DNA of 64,000 bases from Patescibacteria group bacterium (lineage in GTDB: Bacteria > Patescibacteriota > Doudnabacteria > UBA920), in the NCBI GenBank assembly GCA_013387205.1, contig WARV01000009.1, forward strand, positions 667 through 64,666. Direction: 5' to 3'. This document shows, one piece after another, positions 47,436 to 55,813 of the stretch; the stretch's first letter is position 1; each line of letters starts with the position of its first letter. A model generated the notes under the pieces. It searched no databases. It had not been told where the DNA came from and saw only the letters and a program-made list of their open reading frames with translations. The translations under genes and the position numbers were made by a program.

Positions 47436-48086
47436 TTAATCCGGATATTGCCTTAATTTAGAGTCAACTCCCTGTTCATACTGGGAAGTTTTACTTAGCA
47501 GCGACTGAAGCTGGGCCTGTGTGCGCTGGTCGCTAACAGAAGAAAGACGATTTTGGATAGTGCCTTTCAACGTATCCAGATAATTGCCGTAAGTTCTGTA
47601 GACAGCCAAGCATTGAGCCATGGTGTACTTGCCTGGCTCGCCTTTTAAATTGAGGGCACGGACATATCCGTCAGTTTGGGACGCTGCTTGCGATAAGTAG
47701 GTCAATTGCAGGGCGAGGTTTTGATTTTTGGTTGACTGTAAGGCGTATAGCTGTTTTTGGGAAAGTTCCAAGGCAAGTTTTGCTTTTTCAAAACGATTAG
47801 GAGCCAAGGCTATTTCCGTACGGTCCCATAATAATTGCGCTTGCGGTAAAACCAAATTTCTTTCCGTAACAGTTGCCACTACCAGCAGGCAAACCGCCAA
47901 CGCGCCAGCCGCCAGGACAGGCCGAGTTTGCAGTCGTCTGACTAATGTCCCTAGTTTTTCCTTCAGGCTTGGAGCTGGCATGGCTTGGCCAGCTTTAATG
48001 CGGCTTTCCAAAACAGCCAAAGTTTTTTGGGAAGGCTCAAGTTTCTTTAGTTGTTTCAACTTTTCAATAAGCTCGTTGTCGTTCAT
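47436..48086 (-). CDS. putative anti-sigma factor (single-pass membrane protein)
   Basis: Overlaps the sigma gene by 4 nt. Has an N-terminal cytoplasmic helix, a TM at ~aa 65-85 and an extracytoplasmic domain. Confidence 0.55.
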   Translation of the reverse strand: MNDNELIEKLKQLKKLEPSQKTLAVLESRIKAGQAMPAPSLKEKLGTLVRRLQTRPVLAAGALAVCLLVVATVTERNLVLPQAQLLWDRTEIALAPNRFEKAKLALELSQKQLYALQSTKNQNLALQLTYLSQAASQTDGYVRALNLKGEPGKYTMAQCLAVYRTYGNYLDTLKGTIQNRLSSVSDQRTQAQLQSLLSKTSQYEQGVDSKLRQYPD

Positions 48087-48583
48087 AATTTTCCTTTCAA
48101 CTCCTTTAAAGCCCGATGGATTAATACCCTTACGGCATTTTCGGTTTTTTGTACTATTTCGGCTATATCGGGCACCTCGACTTCTTCGATATAGTAAAGA
48201 ATTAAGATATCCTGGTAATCTTCTCTTAATTCGTGCAATTTGGCAAATAACTGGCTAATTTGCCGTTCCTTGTCCAGTTTGTTGTCCAAATCGTCAGTCG
48301 TAAAGATTAAGCCTTCAATCTGTTCCAGCGGAACATGAGTTCTGTGATCCCTTCTGCGATAATAGTCTACAACAAGGCCGCGGGCGATAAAAAACAGAAA
48401 GGCTTTGGGATTTTTAACAACCTGCCCTTTATAAAGAGCTTTCCAGAATTTCAGAAAAGTCTCCTGGGTGATATCCAGCGCCGTTTCGTAATCCGAGACT
48501 TTAAAATATACAAATCGAAAAATCGCCTTAACGTGCGCGTGGTAAACTTCCTCAAATTTCTGGTGGGGGTTTTGGTTCTCCAT
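48083..48583 (-). CDS. ECF RNA polymerase sigma factor
   Basis: Region 2 (ALDITQETFLKFW, FFIARGLVVDYYRRR) and region 4 (VPDIAEIVQKTENAVRVLIHRA). Confidence 0.85.
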   Translation of the reverse strand: MENQNPHQKFEEVYHAHVKAIFRFVYFKVSDYETALDITQETFLKFWKALYKGQVVKNPKAFLFFIARGLVVDYYRRRDHRTHVPLEQIEGLIFTTDDLDNKLDKERQISQLFAKLHELREDYQDILILYYIEEVEVPDIAEIVQKTENAVRVLIHRALKELKGKL

Positions 48584-48728
48584 TTTAGAAGCCGTAAAGT
48601 TTGTATTATTATTACAAAATCAAAAACTGTTTGATTCACTTGACTATATTATAGACGTTTATAGTTCCGACGTTATCAACTCTCTACAAATCTCAAATCA
48701 GAAACCCCCCAAATTATTGAGGGGTTTA

Positions 48729-48833
48729 TGTTGGCTCAACCTAAGTCTTCAAAGTCAGAACCAAGATTCGGGAATCTAAAGAGTATGTTTACATAACCGA
48801 TCTTATGATACAGGGCTAGATTTAGGTTGTTTA
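48729..48833. repeat. conserved ~105-nt intergenic element, copy 2
   Basis: TGTTGGCTCAACCTAAGTCTTCAAAGTCAGAACCAAGATTCGGGAA ..., preceded by the hairpin CCCCAAATTATTGAGGGG. Confidence 0.6.
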
Positions 48834-49523
48834 TTATTTTAGAAATTTTAAAGTTTTTTCAATACTGCCACTATTAGTATAGAAGTAGCTTGAGGTATCA
48901 AACCGATATACCGTGTTTTTATATTGGATTAAATATTGCTCTTCACAAATATCGCCGCAGCCTCCTGTGTTATACATCGGCTGGCCGTTTATAGTTGCAA
49001 ATACCTTTAGCTCCTCTGGCGTATTGTCTGAGGCAGCCCAGCATTGCTTAAGAGAAGTGCTGTCTGGACAACTTTGATATTGTTTATAAGCATCAAGAGT
49101 TGGAAACCGTTGGACCGTTAATACTGGTAGTCCAATAAACTGGTCTAAACTTAAATTTTGAAATGCTTGCTGATTCTGTTGATAGTATTTAGTACCTGCA
49201 GTTTTGTCTACAAAGGTTACCACGTCTCTGTGAGTGGTTTTGCCTAATTCCCAATTTGATGGTACCACAAATTCAATACCCCAACTTTGATTGGTGTATA
49301 ATTGCCCGTTACTGCTTGAAGACAATGTTCCCATGCTTTGTTGTTCTTGTGGTTGAGCTTGCTTCTGAGGAGTGCTTGTGGTGGAGGTAGTCATTTGTTG
49401 ACTAGGAACTTTTATAGTTTGGGAAGGTGGAGTTGATGGAGTATTCACAGCCTGCGGAGAAGATGAGTTGCAGCCTGCCGCCAAGAATAACACCAACGGA
49501 ATAATAAAAGATATTTTTTTCAT
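48834..49523 (-). CDS. secreted hypothetical protein with S/T/P/Q-rich linker
   Basis: Signal peptide + lipobox-like LAAGC, followed by a low-complexity linker and a globular C-domain. Confidence 0.5.
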   Translation of the reverse strand: MKKISFIIPLVLFLAAGCNSSSPQAVNTPSTPPSQTIKVPSQQMTTSTTSTPQKQAQPQEQQSMGTLSSSSNGQLYTNQSWGIEFVVPSNWELGKTTHRDVVTFVDKTAGTKYYQQNQQAFQNLSLDQFIGLPVLTVQRFPTLDAYKQYQSCPDSTSLKQCWAASDNTPEELKVFATINGQPMYNTGGCGDICEEQYLIQYKNTVYRFDTSSYFYTNSGSIEKTLKFLK

Positions 49524-49754
49524 AAATAATGGGTTTATTCTCTTATTACCATTATACTCTTCTTTAGTTACGACGTCATTAACTTTCTAAACATAAAATA
49601 CCAATGTTCATTGGTGTTTTTATGTTGGCTCAAAACTGCAGACGCTGTTTGAACCTGGTTTGTTGAAAAAGGCTGGATATTTATTGCGCTCAAAAAAAAG
49701 CGCCGTGTCCCCAAGGTAGTGGGGGCGTGCGCCGTAGTTGTTCTACACAACGTC

Positions 49755-50060
49755 TCACAAGCCGCGAGTCAAGCTCATTCCAGCCACAAAAGGCCGTCCG
49801 CGTGGCCGGAAGTTTTTCAGTCGCCGTTTGACATCCGCAGTGTCAATATCCGTACGTACGATGCGAGTACCAACCCGCTGCTTCTTAAAGAGGGTCAAGC
49901 CGAGAAATCGTCGCCCTTTTTGATTGAACGCTCTTTTGGCGATGATCTCAGCTTTCTGGCGAGCTTCTTCGTCATTATCAGCTTTGAACCGGATGCCACC
50001 ACAAGTGACATGCGCTATTGACCCAACTTCAGTCCATACTGGCACTACATAGTAAGGCAT
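49755..50060 (-). CDS. hypothetical basic protein (101 aa)
   Basis: A strong SD (AAAGGAGGAGGAATG) precedes the start. GC is higher than the neighbours. No motif recognised. Confidence 0.5.
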   Translation of the reverse strand: MPYYVVPVWTEVGSIAHVTCGGIRFKADNDEEARQKAEIIAKRAFNQKGRRFLGLTLFKKQRVGTRIVRTDIDTADVKRRLKNFRPRGRPFVAGMSLTRGL

Positions 50061-50294
50061 TCCTCCTCCTTTCTGCCTGTAGTTATAAATTATACCTATA
50101 AATCCGAAAAAGTCTAGAATAAGTTTACTACTTAAATAAAAAACACAAGCTGGTGCTAATGTTCTTTATTTGGCTCGCCATACGAGACTTGAACTACCCC
50201 GAAGGACTCTGAGCAGGCACTTGGGTCTTGGGCTATGGGAAACGTAAATTAGTCAACTTCAATATGATTGAGTTTTAAGTCCCTTGTTTTACGT

Positions 50295-51368
50295 TCAACC
50301 TAATACCTGGGCTAATTTTCTGACTCCAACATTTTCTTGAAAGGTCAACGTTCCTTGAATAAAATCTTTTATATCTTTATGTAACTGATTGAGGCTGTTA
50401 AAGTCTAACTCATACCACTCTCCGCCGATATTATATTGTTTATACTTTTTATGTAAGTATCTTTCCAGAATCCAAGCTTTATCAGTCCTATAATAATTGT
50501 AGATTTCAATCTGATTCGGGTTTCCAGTTTGTATATTACTGACGCGCTGTTTCAAATTTTGAGTCACACCGATTTTGAAATTGCTGGTTCCAAGAGAACG
50601 AACTATATAAAGCCCTAATTCATCGTTAGCTACGTCGTACACAACATTCTCAGCAAGGTTGCCTTCTTTATAAACCCGTCCGTTAAGTCTAGCCACACGA
50701 CCAAAACCATCATTCATTAAACTGAACCCCAAATCTTCCAACATCCATTCTTGGGCGTGATAAACCGGATCTTTATCATATTCTTTCAGCACATGGCAAA
50801 CTTTTTTGGCAACAGCGTCCCGGTAGTCGTAACCTTCGTAATTTTCGTGAAACCTGGCCGCTTGTGAAGAATTGGTAGCCACAATAAACCAATTCTCATC
50901 ATTGTCCTTGGTCGTAACCCAATATAGATGTTTAGGCTTTGTATACAAAGCTGCTCGCGTAATTAAATGTTTATTTACTATGTAAGAATCTTCACCTTCA
51001 AAGCTATATAGCTGATTTTTATCATCCAAATCCAGCCATTCGTAAGTATTTTTAACAATGCCGCCACGATAAATAACTCTAACACCAATCATATCTAAGA
51101 ACCTGTCGCAACAGTGGATATCTTGATATTTTAATATGGTATATTTTTTCCTAGTGGAAAACTCCCGGTCTATAGAAAAACGGAATGATTCTCCAAGTAG
51201 CTTTTGAATGCACTCTTTAATGTATGATAAATCATCCGTCTGAGCCATTTCCCATCCACGGACGTCTTTATATGGCAGTTGATACTTAAATTCTGAACGG
51301 TTTAACCTGTGGGCTAAAATCTTGCCATTAGGGTGCGTTATTAGAAATCGTAGGCCTGTGATATACAT
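50295..51368 (-). CDS. T5orf172 (GIY-YIG superfamily, MUG113-like) C-terminal domain protein with unknown N-terminal domain
   Basis: The C-terminus GLYIVRSLGTSNFKIGVTQNLKQRVSNIQTGNPNQIEIY...ERYLHKKYKQYNIGGEWYEL matches the T5orf172 pattern (YKIGxTxNxxxRxxxLxTGxP ... gEWFel). It lies ~70 nt downstream of the intron-containing tRNA. Confidence 0.65.
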   Translation of the reverse strand: MYITGLRFLITHPNGKILAHRLNRSEFKYQLPYKDVRGWEMAQTDDLSYIKECIQKLLGESFRFSIDREFSTRKKYTILKYQDIHCCDRFLDMIGVRVIYRGGIVKNTYEWLDLDDKNQLYSFEGEDSYIVNKHLITRAALYTKPKHLYWVTTKDNDENWFIVATNSSQAARFHENYEGYDYRDAVAKKVCHVLKEYDKDPVYHAQEWMLEDLGFSLMNDGFGRVARLNGRVYKEGNLAENVVYDVANDELGLYIVRSLGTSNFKIGVTQNLKQRVSNIQTGNPNQIEIYNYYRTDKAWILERYLHKKYKQYNIGGEWYELDFNSLNQLHKDIKDFIQGTLTFQENVGVRKLAQVLG

Positions 51369-51438
51369 ATATCTTTCAATTATTGACTAAATAAAAAAAC
51401 AAAAACCACCAAATTTTTGATTTTTAGTGGTTTTTGTT

Positions 51439-51812
51439 TGGCTCGGGAGGTGGGATTCGAACCCACGGCCAATCGATTACACTTATCCTGATGTTTCCAA
51501 AAGGGGTGGACTATATCATCATCCTATTCCAGGTGGCTCGGGAGGTGGGATTCGAACCCATCTCTTACCATCTAAAAATATAGGATGCGAGGCGCTTCGT
51601 TCCAAAGTTTTTAGAACTACTCCCATAAAGGGATAGTCTCTGAACCTTCCCGCCTGTTGAGCGGGCTTGGCTGCTGATTACCATTTTACAGGTTTCCAGC
51701 AATTCACCTCGTTTTTCCATTCCCAATTACTTGGGAAGGCTGCTAATGTTTGATCTCCTTTAGAGCGAGATCAGGTCTACAGTCGATTGCTCTACCGCTG
51801 AGCTACTCCCGA
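51439..51812 (-). tRNA. tRNA-Asn(GUU) interrupted by a 299-nt group I intron (exons 51812-51779 and 51479-51439)
   Basis: The joined exons give a canonical 75-nt cloverleaf: acceptor UCGGGAG/CUCCCGA, D stem GCUC/GAGC, anticodon stem AUCGA/UCGAU, loop CUGUUAA, T stem GUGGG/CCCAC, T loop UUCGAAU, G73 and an encoded CCA. Confidence 0.7.
51480..51778 (-). ncRNA. group I self-splicing intron (IC-like core) in anticodon loop between nt 35/36
   Basis: In the minus-strand reading: P1 candidate CUGU/GCAG, P2 CCCAAGUAAUUGGG, P element AAUUGCUGGAAAC, Q AAUCAGCAGCC, P6 CCCGCUCAACAGGCGGG, R GUUCAGAGACUA, S GAUAUAGUCC, and a terminal G before the 3' exon. The P8 region is enlarged and contains a tRNA 3'-half-like copy (51535-51562). 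Confidence 0.65.
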
Positions 51813-52078
51813 ATATGTTGTTTTATAAATTGCCTGCCTCGATGGCTTTTAAGCTGTTTTTCTCTTATCAAGGCTTGTTGGCGAGTATCAACATTTTCTG
51901 AATATATTAGTTGCCACTCACCATCAAAACTTGAAGTGTATCCCTTAAAAGTATGTTCGTTATGTAGCCTTAAACGCTCTGTTAAATTTTCGGTTTGACC
52001 GATATATATTTTCTTATGTTTTGGATTATAGATAGCGTAAACGCTAAACATTAGTGTCGATTGCTCTACCTCCGCCAT
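51803..52078 (-). CDS. small GIY-YIG nuclease family protein (YhbQ/UPF0213-like)
   Basis: VYAIYNPKHKKIYIGQTENLTERLRLHN is the GIY-YIG motif pair. The 3' end (IRE-stop) overlaps tRNA nt 1-10. The 5' end overlaps a duplicated tRNA 5' fragment. The start may be the second Met (52051). Confidence 0.7.
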   Translation of the reverse strand: MAEVEQSTLMFSVYAIYNPKHKKIYIGQTENLTERLRLHNEHTFKGYTSSFDGEWQLIYSENVDTRQQALIREKQLKSHRGRQFIKQHIRE

Positions 52079-52112
52079 CCGCCAACTGGCGGAGGCGGAG
52101 AGCTACTCCCGA
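52056..52112 (-). other. duplicated tRNA-Asn 5' fragment (acceptor/D/anticodon-stem 5' side) with 29-nt palindromic insertion in the D-loop
   Basis: The minus-strand read TCGGGAGTAGCTC[TCCGCCTCCGCCAGTTGGCGGATGGCGGA]GGTAGAGCAATCGAC matches tRNA nt 1-13 and 18-32. Confidence 0.7.
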
Positions 52113-52221
52113 ATACTATTGAATTTTTGAATTCCTAAATATTTTAACAATATTTTAATCTTTTGGCAATACTGGTTTTGTGGAAGTTTTTCATCAAAAT
52201 TATTGGATTTTTTTGTATTTC

Positions 52222-52248
52222 AACGGCTAAACTAATGATTTAGCCGTT
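52222..52248. repeat. conserved-stem hairpin family copy 5 (in divergent promoter region)
   Basis: AACGGCTAAACTAATGATTTAGCCGTT. This is the only copy not in a terminator position. Confidence 0.55.
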
Positions 52249-52306
52249 TAATTTTGCTATCATTGCTTAAAACCACCGCCGTCTTATATAGTGATTAACG
52301 AAATTT

Positions 52307-53002
52307 ATGGATATAAAAAACAAGGTCGCAATTATTACCGGCGCGTCTTCTGGCATTGGCTTGGCTTTGGCTAAAGAATTGTCTGCACGTGGCGCTAAAG
52401 TTGTCATTTCGGCCAGGTCAGGAGATAAATTAAAGCAGCTGGAAAGTGAAATTCCAAATTCTTTTGCCTTGCCCGCTGATATGGGTAAACCAGAAGATAT
52501 AAAAAATCTCATCCGGCAAACTTTGGAAAAGTTTGGGCAGATAAATATTTTGGTCAACAATGCCGGCCAGGGTTTGCGCGCGCCTCTGGAAAAAATTGAT
52601 GCCCAAGACTTCCGCGACTTAATGGAGATAAATGTTTTTGGGCCGCTTATTGCCATGCAGGAAGCTATCCCGATTATGAAAAAGCAGGGCGGGGGATTAA
52701 TTATAAACATTAGTTCCCAAGTCACTAGAGGCCATATTCCAAATTTATCAGCCTACTCCTCGACAAAATACGCGCTTAATTCCATTTCGCTGACTGCCAG
52801 GCAGGAATTGGAAAAGGATAATATTGTTGTCAGTGTTTTTTATCCCAAAACGACTGCCACCAATTTTGGGCAAAACGTACGCGGGGAAAAATACGACTCC
52901 AGGACCGTCCGTCCGGGGATAATAGCGGATACGCCGGAAGCCGTGGCAGAAAAGATCGCCGACCAGATAGAAACCGAAACCGCCGAAGAGTTTATGCGAT
53001 AA
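52307..53002 (+). CDS. SDR family oxidoreductase
   Basis: TGASSGIGLALA (TGxxxGxG), NNAG, and YSSTKYAL (YxxxK). Confidence 0.9.
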   Translation: MDIKNKVAIITGASSGIGLALAKELSARGAKVVISARSGDKLKQLESEIPNSFALPADMGKPEDIKNLIRQTLEKFGQINILVNNAGQGLRAPLEKIDAQDFRDLMEINVFGPLIAMQEAIPIMKKQGGGLIINISSQVTRGHIPNLSAYSSTKYALNSISLTARQELEKDNIVVSVFYPKTTATNFGQNVRGEKYDSRTVRPGIIADTPEAVAEKIADQIETETAEEFMR

Positions 53003-53122
53003 ACTAAAATATTTTTCCCTCTATATTTAACGGCCGTCATTTATAGAGGAGTTGAATTACATAACCAATTATGCAATTTAAAGTAACATCGATTGCCTGT
53101 TATTCGTTATATAGACATAGGT

Positions 53123-53791
53123 ATGAAAAAAATATTTATTATTCCAATTATTATCTTATTGGCCGTCGGGTGCAATTTGCCCGCGCAGACTGGTAATCAA
53201 AATCCGGTTGCTGAAAACAGCAGTACAACTCCTGCGCCTACATCAACCAGTTCTGGCGTTTTAAAACCAAAAAAACCTGACGCACTGTCACAAATTGTTT
53301 TGCCAATAAGCCAGGCTAAGGACCGCATCACTAAAAAGTTTTTTGGCACGTATGTTACCCCGCAAAATTCTCCGGTCCAGCCCGAGCGTTTTAAAGGTTA
53401 CCACACGGGCCTGGATTTTGAAACTTTTGCAAACGAGCAGAATTCCGAAGTGGCCGTTAACGTAATTTGCAGTGGCAAGATTTTGCGCAAGGGTTATGCT
53501 AGCGGCTATGGGGGATACGCTGTGCAGGCCTGCGTAATAAACGGCCAAACAGCCACTGTGGTTTATGGGCACCTGAGAGAACCGAGCATAACAGGGAAGC
53601 TAGGGCAAAAGCTGACAGCCGGCGATAGTTTAGCGGTTTTGGGCACGGGTTATTCCAGCGAAACTGATGGCGAACGCAAGCATTTGCATTTGGGCATCCA
53701 TAAAGGGGCATCTGTAAATATAATTGGCTACGTACAAAATCAAAACGAACTTTCCGGTTGGATGGATCCTCAAAAGGTTTTGGGATTGTAG
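53123..53791 (+). CDS. M23 family metallopeptidase lipoprotein
   Basis: Lipobox LLAVGC, then YHTGLDFE (HxxxD) and HLHLGIH (HxH). Confidence 0.8.
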   Translation: MKKIFIIPIIILLAVGCNLPAQTGNQNPVAENSSTTPAPTSTSSGVLKPKKPDALSQIVLPISQAKDRITKKFFGTYVTPQNSPVQPERFKGYHTGLDFETFANEQNSEVAVNVICSGKILRKGYASGYGGYAVQACVINGQTATVVYGHLREPSITGKLGQKLTAGDSLAVLGTGYSSETDGERKHLHLGIHKGASVNIIGYVQNQNELSGWMDPQKVLGL

Positions 53792-53854
53792 TGTTAAAGA
53801 AGGAAACAAAATTAGTGTATAATTAAAATAGAAAAATCATTAAACAAAAATTTT

Positions 53855-54268
53855 ATGGCTAAATGGTTATTCGGGGCAGTTTTGGCATTAGGGGCGCATT
53901 TTGCCGCGTCCTATATTATTCCTCTGGACCAAAAAGGGCAGGAAACTTTCGCCGGGCTTATGAAATGGTTTTGGCCTTGGGCTCATGGCAATAGCGGCCC
54001 GCTAGGCACAATATTGCCCTCCGGATTTCCGGTTCCGGGTTTTTTTATTGCTGTCACCGCTGCCGGACTGTTTATCCTTGCGGCCTTGGCTTTTGTCGGC
54101 ATTTGGGTTCCGTTCATCTGGTGGCGGGTATGCGCATTTGCAGGAGCGCTAATTTCATTATTCCTTATGCTGATGTTTTTCGGCCCGACGAAAATAATCC
54201 CAATTGCCCTGGATATTTTTGTGCTTTGGGCAGCTTGGAATAACTGGACTTTAGCCGCAATCCACTGA
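53855..54268 (+). CDS. hypothetical 4-TM membrane protein
   Basis: Hydrophobic helices; 137 aa. Confidence 0.45.
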   Translation: MAKWLFGAVLALGAHFAASYIIPLDQKGQETFAGLMKWFWPWAHGNSGPLGTILPSGFPVPGFFIAVTAAGLFILAALAFVGIWVPFIWWRVCAFAGALISLFLMLMFFGPTKIIPIALDIFVLWAAWNNWTLAAIH

Positions 54269-54474
54269 CCTAGAAGCAGTCTTGTTAAAAGCAGCTTTTG
54301 AGACTGCTTCTTAATAAAACAATTAGCAAACAATATATTTAAATGTTTAAAAAACACCAGTGAAAGCTGGTTTTTTGTTTAAGAGGAAGTCCCAGACTAA
54401 AGCCTGCATTAAATCCACTGAGAAAAAGAACATTGTATTTTGAATATGATATACTTAAGGAAACATAAAAACGC

Positions 54475-55593
54475 ATGGAAACAAATATTAAAACCAAACC
54501 AATATTCAAAGCCAAAAAATTTTGGATTGCTGTTTTAGCATTCTTGGTGCTGATTGTAATTTATTTTAAAGTGTCAGATTCGGGCCGCGATAAAATTTTT
54601 TCAGTTGAAAATATCACGCAGGTAAAATCTGCCGAAAAGCAGGCTGTTGCTGAAACGCCAAAGCTAGATATGGCAAGCTATGATAAAAAACTAAATGAAA
54701 TCGCAAATAATCTTACTAACGCATCAGCTACTTCACCCTCACCTTTATCCTCTCCCATCCAGGGAGAGGAGTGGAAAAAAGAATGGCCGGTAAAAACTGT
54801 TTATCCAAATGCCGGAGCGCTTTTGCCGTTTAACCGGATTGTTGCGTATTACGGCAATTTGTATTCTAAGAATATGGGCGTTTTGGGAGAATATCCAGAA
54901 GATGAAATGCTGAAAAGGCTAAATGAAGAAGTGAAAAAATGGGAAGAGGCTGACCCAAACACTCCCGTAATTCCGGCTTTGCACTATATTGCAGTGGTGG
55001 CGCAAAAAGGCGCTGGCCGCGACGGCAAACACCGGTTGCGCATGCCGGATAAGGAAATAGACAAGGTGCTGAAAATGGCAGAAAAAATTAACGGCATTGT
55101 TTTTTTGGACGTGCAGGTGGGAAAAAGCAATGTGCAGGCCGAAATTCCGCTGCTGGAAAAATATTTAAAACTTCCCCAGGTGCATTTGGGTATTGATCCG
55201 GAGTTTTCCATGAAGAGCGGGGCAGTCCCAGGCACATCCATTGGCACGCTGGACAGCCAGGACATAAACTTTGCGGCAGACTACCTGTCGAAAATCGTCA
55301 AAGACAACAACCTGCCTCCCAAAGTTTTGGTCATCCATCGCTTTACGCAAAAAATGGTAACGAGCTTTAAAGACATTAAGCCCTTGCCCGAAGTACAGAT
55401 TGTAATGAACATGGACGGTTTTGGCGGGCAAGCCAACAAATTAAACACTTACAAGCAATACATTTCCAAACAGCCCGTGCAGTTTACCGGCTTTAAGCTG
55501 TTTTATAAGAATGATGCGGCTAAGGGAGCAATGCTTACTCCCGAAAGGCTTCTTAAACTTACCCCCATTCCGGTTTATATACAATACCAATAG
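54475..55593 (+). CDS. hypothetical membrane-anchored extracytoplasmic protein (possible TIM-barrel glycoside-hydrolase-like fold)
   Basis: An N-terminal TM and an alternating beta/alpha pattern in a ~330-aa ectodomain. No firm catalytic motif. Confidence 0.4.
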   Translation: METNIKTKPIFKAKKFWIAVLAFLVLIVIYFKVSDSGRDKIFSVENITQVKSAEKQAVAETPKLDMASYDKKLNEIANNLTNASATSPSPLSSPIQGEEWKKEWPVKTVYPNAGALLPFNRIVAYYGNLYSKNMGVLGEYPEDEMLKRLNEEVKKWEEADPNTPVIPALHYIAVVAQKGAGRDGKHRLRMPDKEIDKVLKMAEKINGIVFLDVQVGKSNVQAEIPLLEKYLKLPQVHLGIDPEFSMKSGAVPGTSIGTLDSQDINFAADYLSKIVKDNNLPPKVLVIHRFTQKMVTSFKDIKPLPEVQIVMNMDGFGGQANKLNTYKQYISKQPVQFTGFKLFYKNDAAKGAMLTPERLLKLTPIPVYIQYQ

Positions 55594-55608
55594 ATGGTGA
55601 TATATTTC

Positions 55609-55635
55609 AACGGCTAAAACATCGATATAGCCGTT
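55609..55635. terminator. conserved-stem hairpin family copy 6
   Basis: AACGGCTAAAACATCGATATAGCCGTT, 16 nt after the stop. Confidence 0.6.
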
Positions 55636-55813
55636 GAAACACAACAAAAATATAAAAATAACATCCTTACATTCTCAAGTATGTAAGGATGTTATTGTAT
55701 GAAAATATGTACCAAAACAAAACCCGACTAAGACTTTTAGTCTTAAGTTTACCCATAAGTAATCATAGTTTTATCCGTCAAAATTCATAAGCAAAAGAAT
55801 TAACAAAAATTTT

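Noticed and set aside
50172-50290. tRNA-like 3' end on minus strand (…GGGGTAGTTCAAGTCTCGTATGGCGAGCCA)
   Set aside because: There is a T-loop-like GTTCAAGTC and a GAGCCA end. But I could not find a complementary acceptor 5' strand or T-stem, so I cannot support calling it a tRNA or tmRNA. It is left as an unexplained motif in the 5' leader of the 101-aa gene.
51535-51562. Second tRNA 3' end (ATGGGTTCGAATCCCACCTCCCGAGCCA) looked like the true 3' exon or a separate tRNA gene
   Set aside because: The group I S element (GATATAGTCC) and the terminal G lie downstream of it. The variable-region/anticodon-stem partner (UCGAU) needed for a cloverleaf is present only in the distal copy (51479-51439). 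So the internal copy is inside the intron (P8 region).
51779-51812. Initial reading of the anticodon as GUA (tRNA-Tyr) or UGU (Thr)
   Set aside because: Only splicing after ...CUGU and before UAAUCGAU gives a 7-nt loop (CUGUUAA) with U33/A37, a perfect 5-bp anticodon stem and a plausible P1 (CUGU/GCAG). Hence Asn(GUU).
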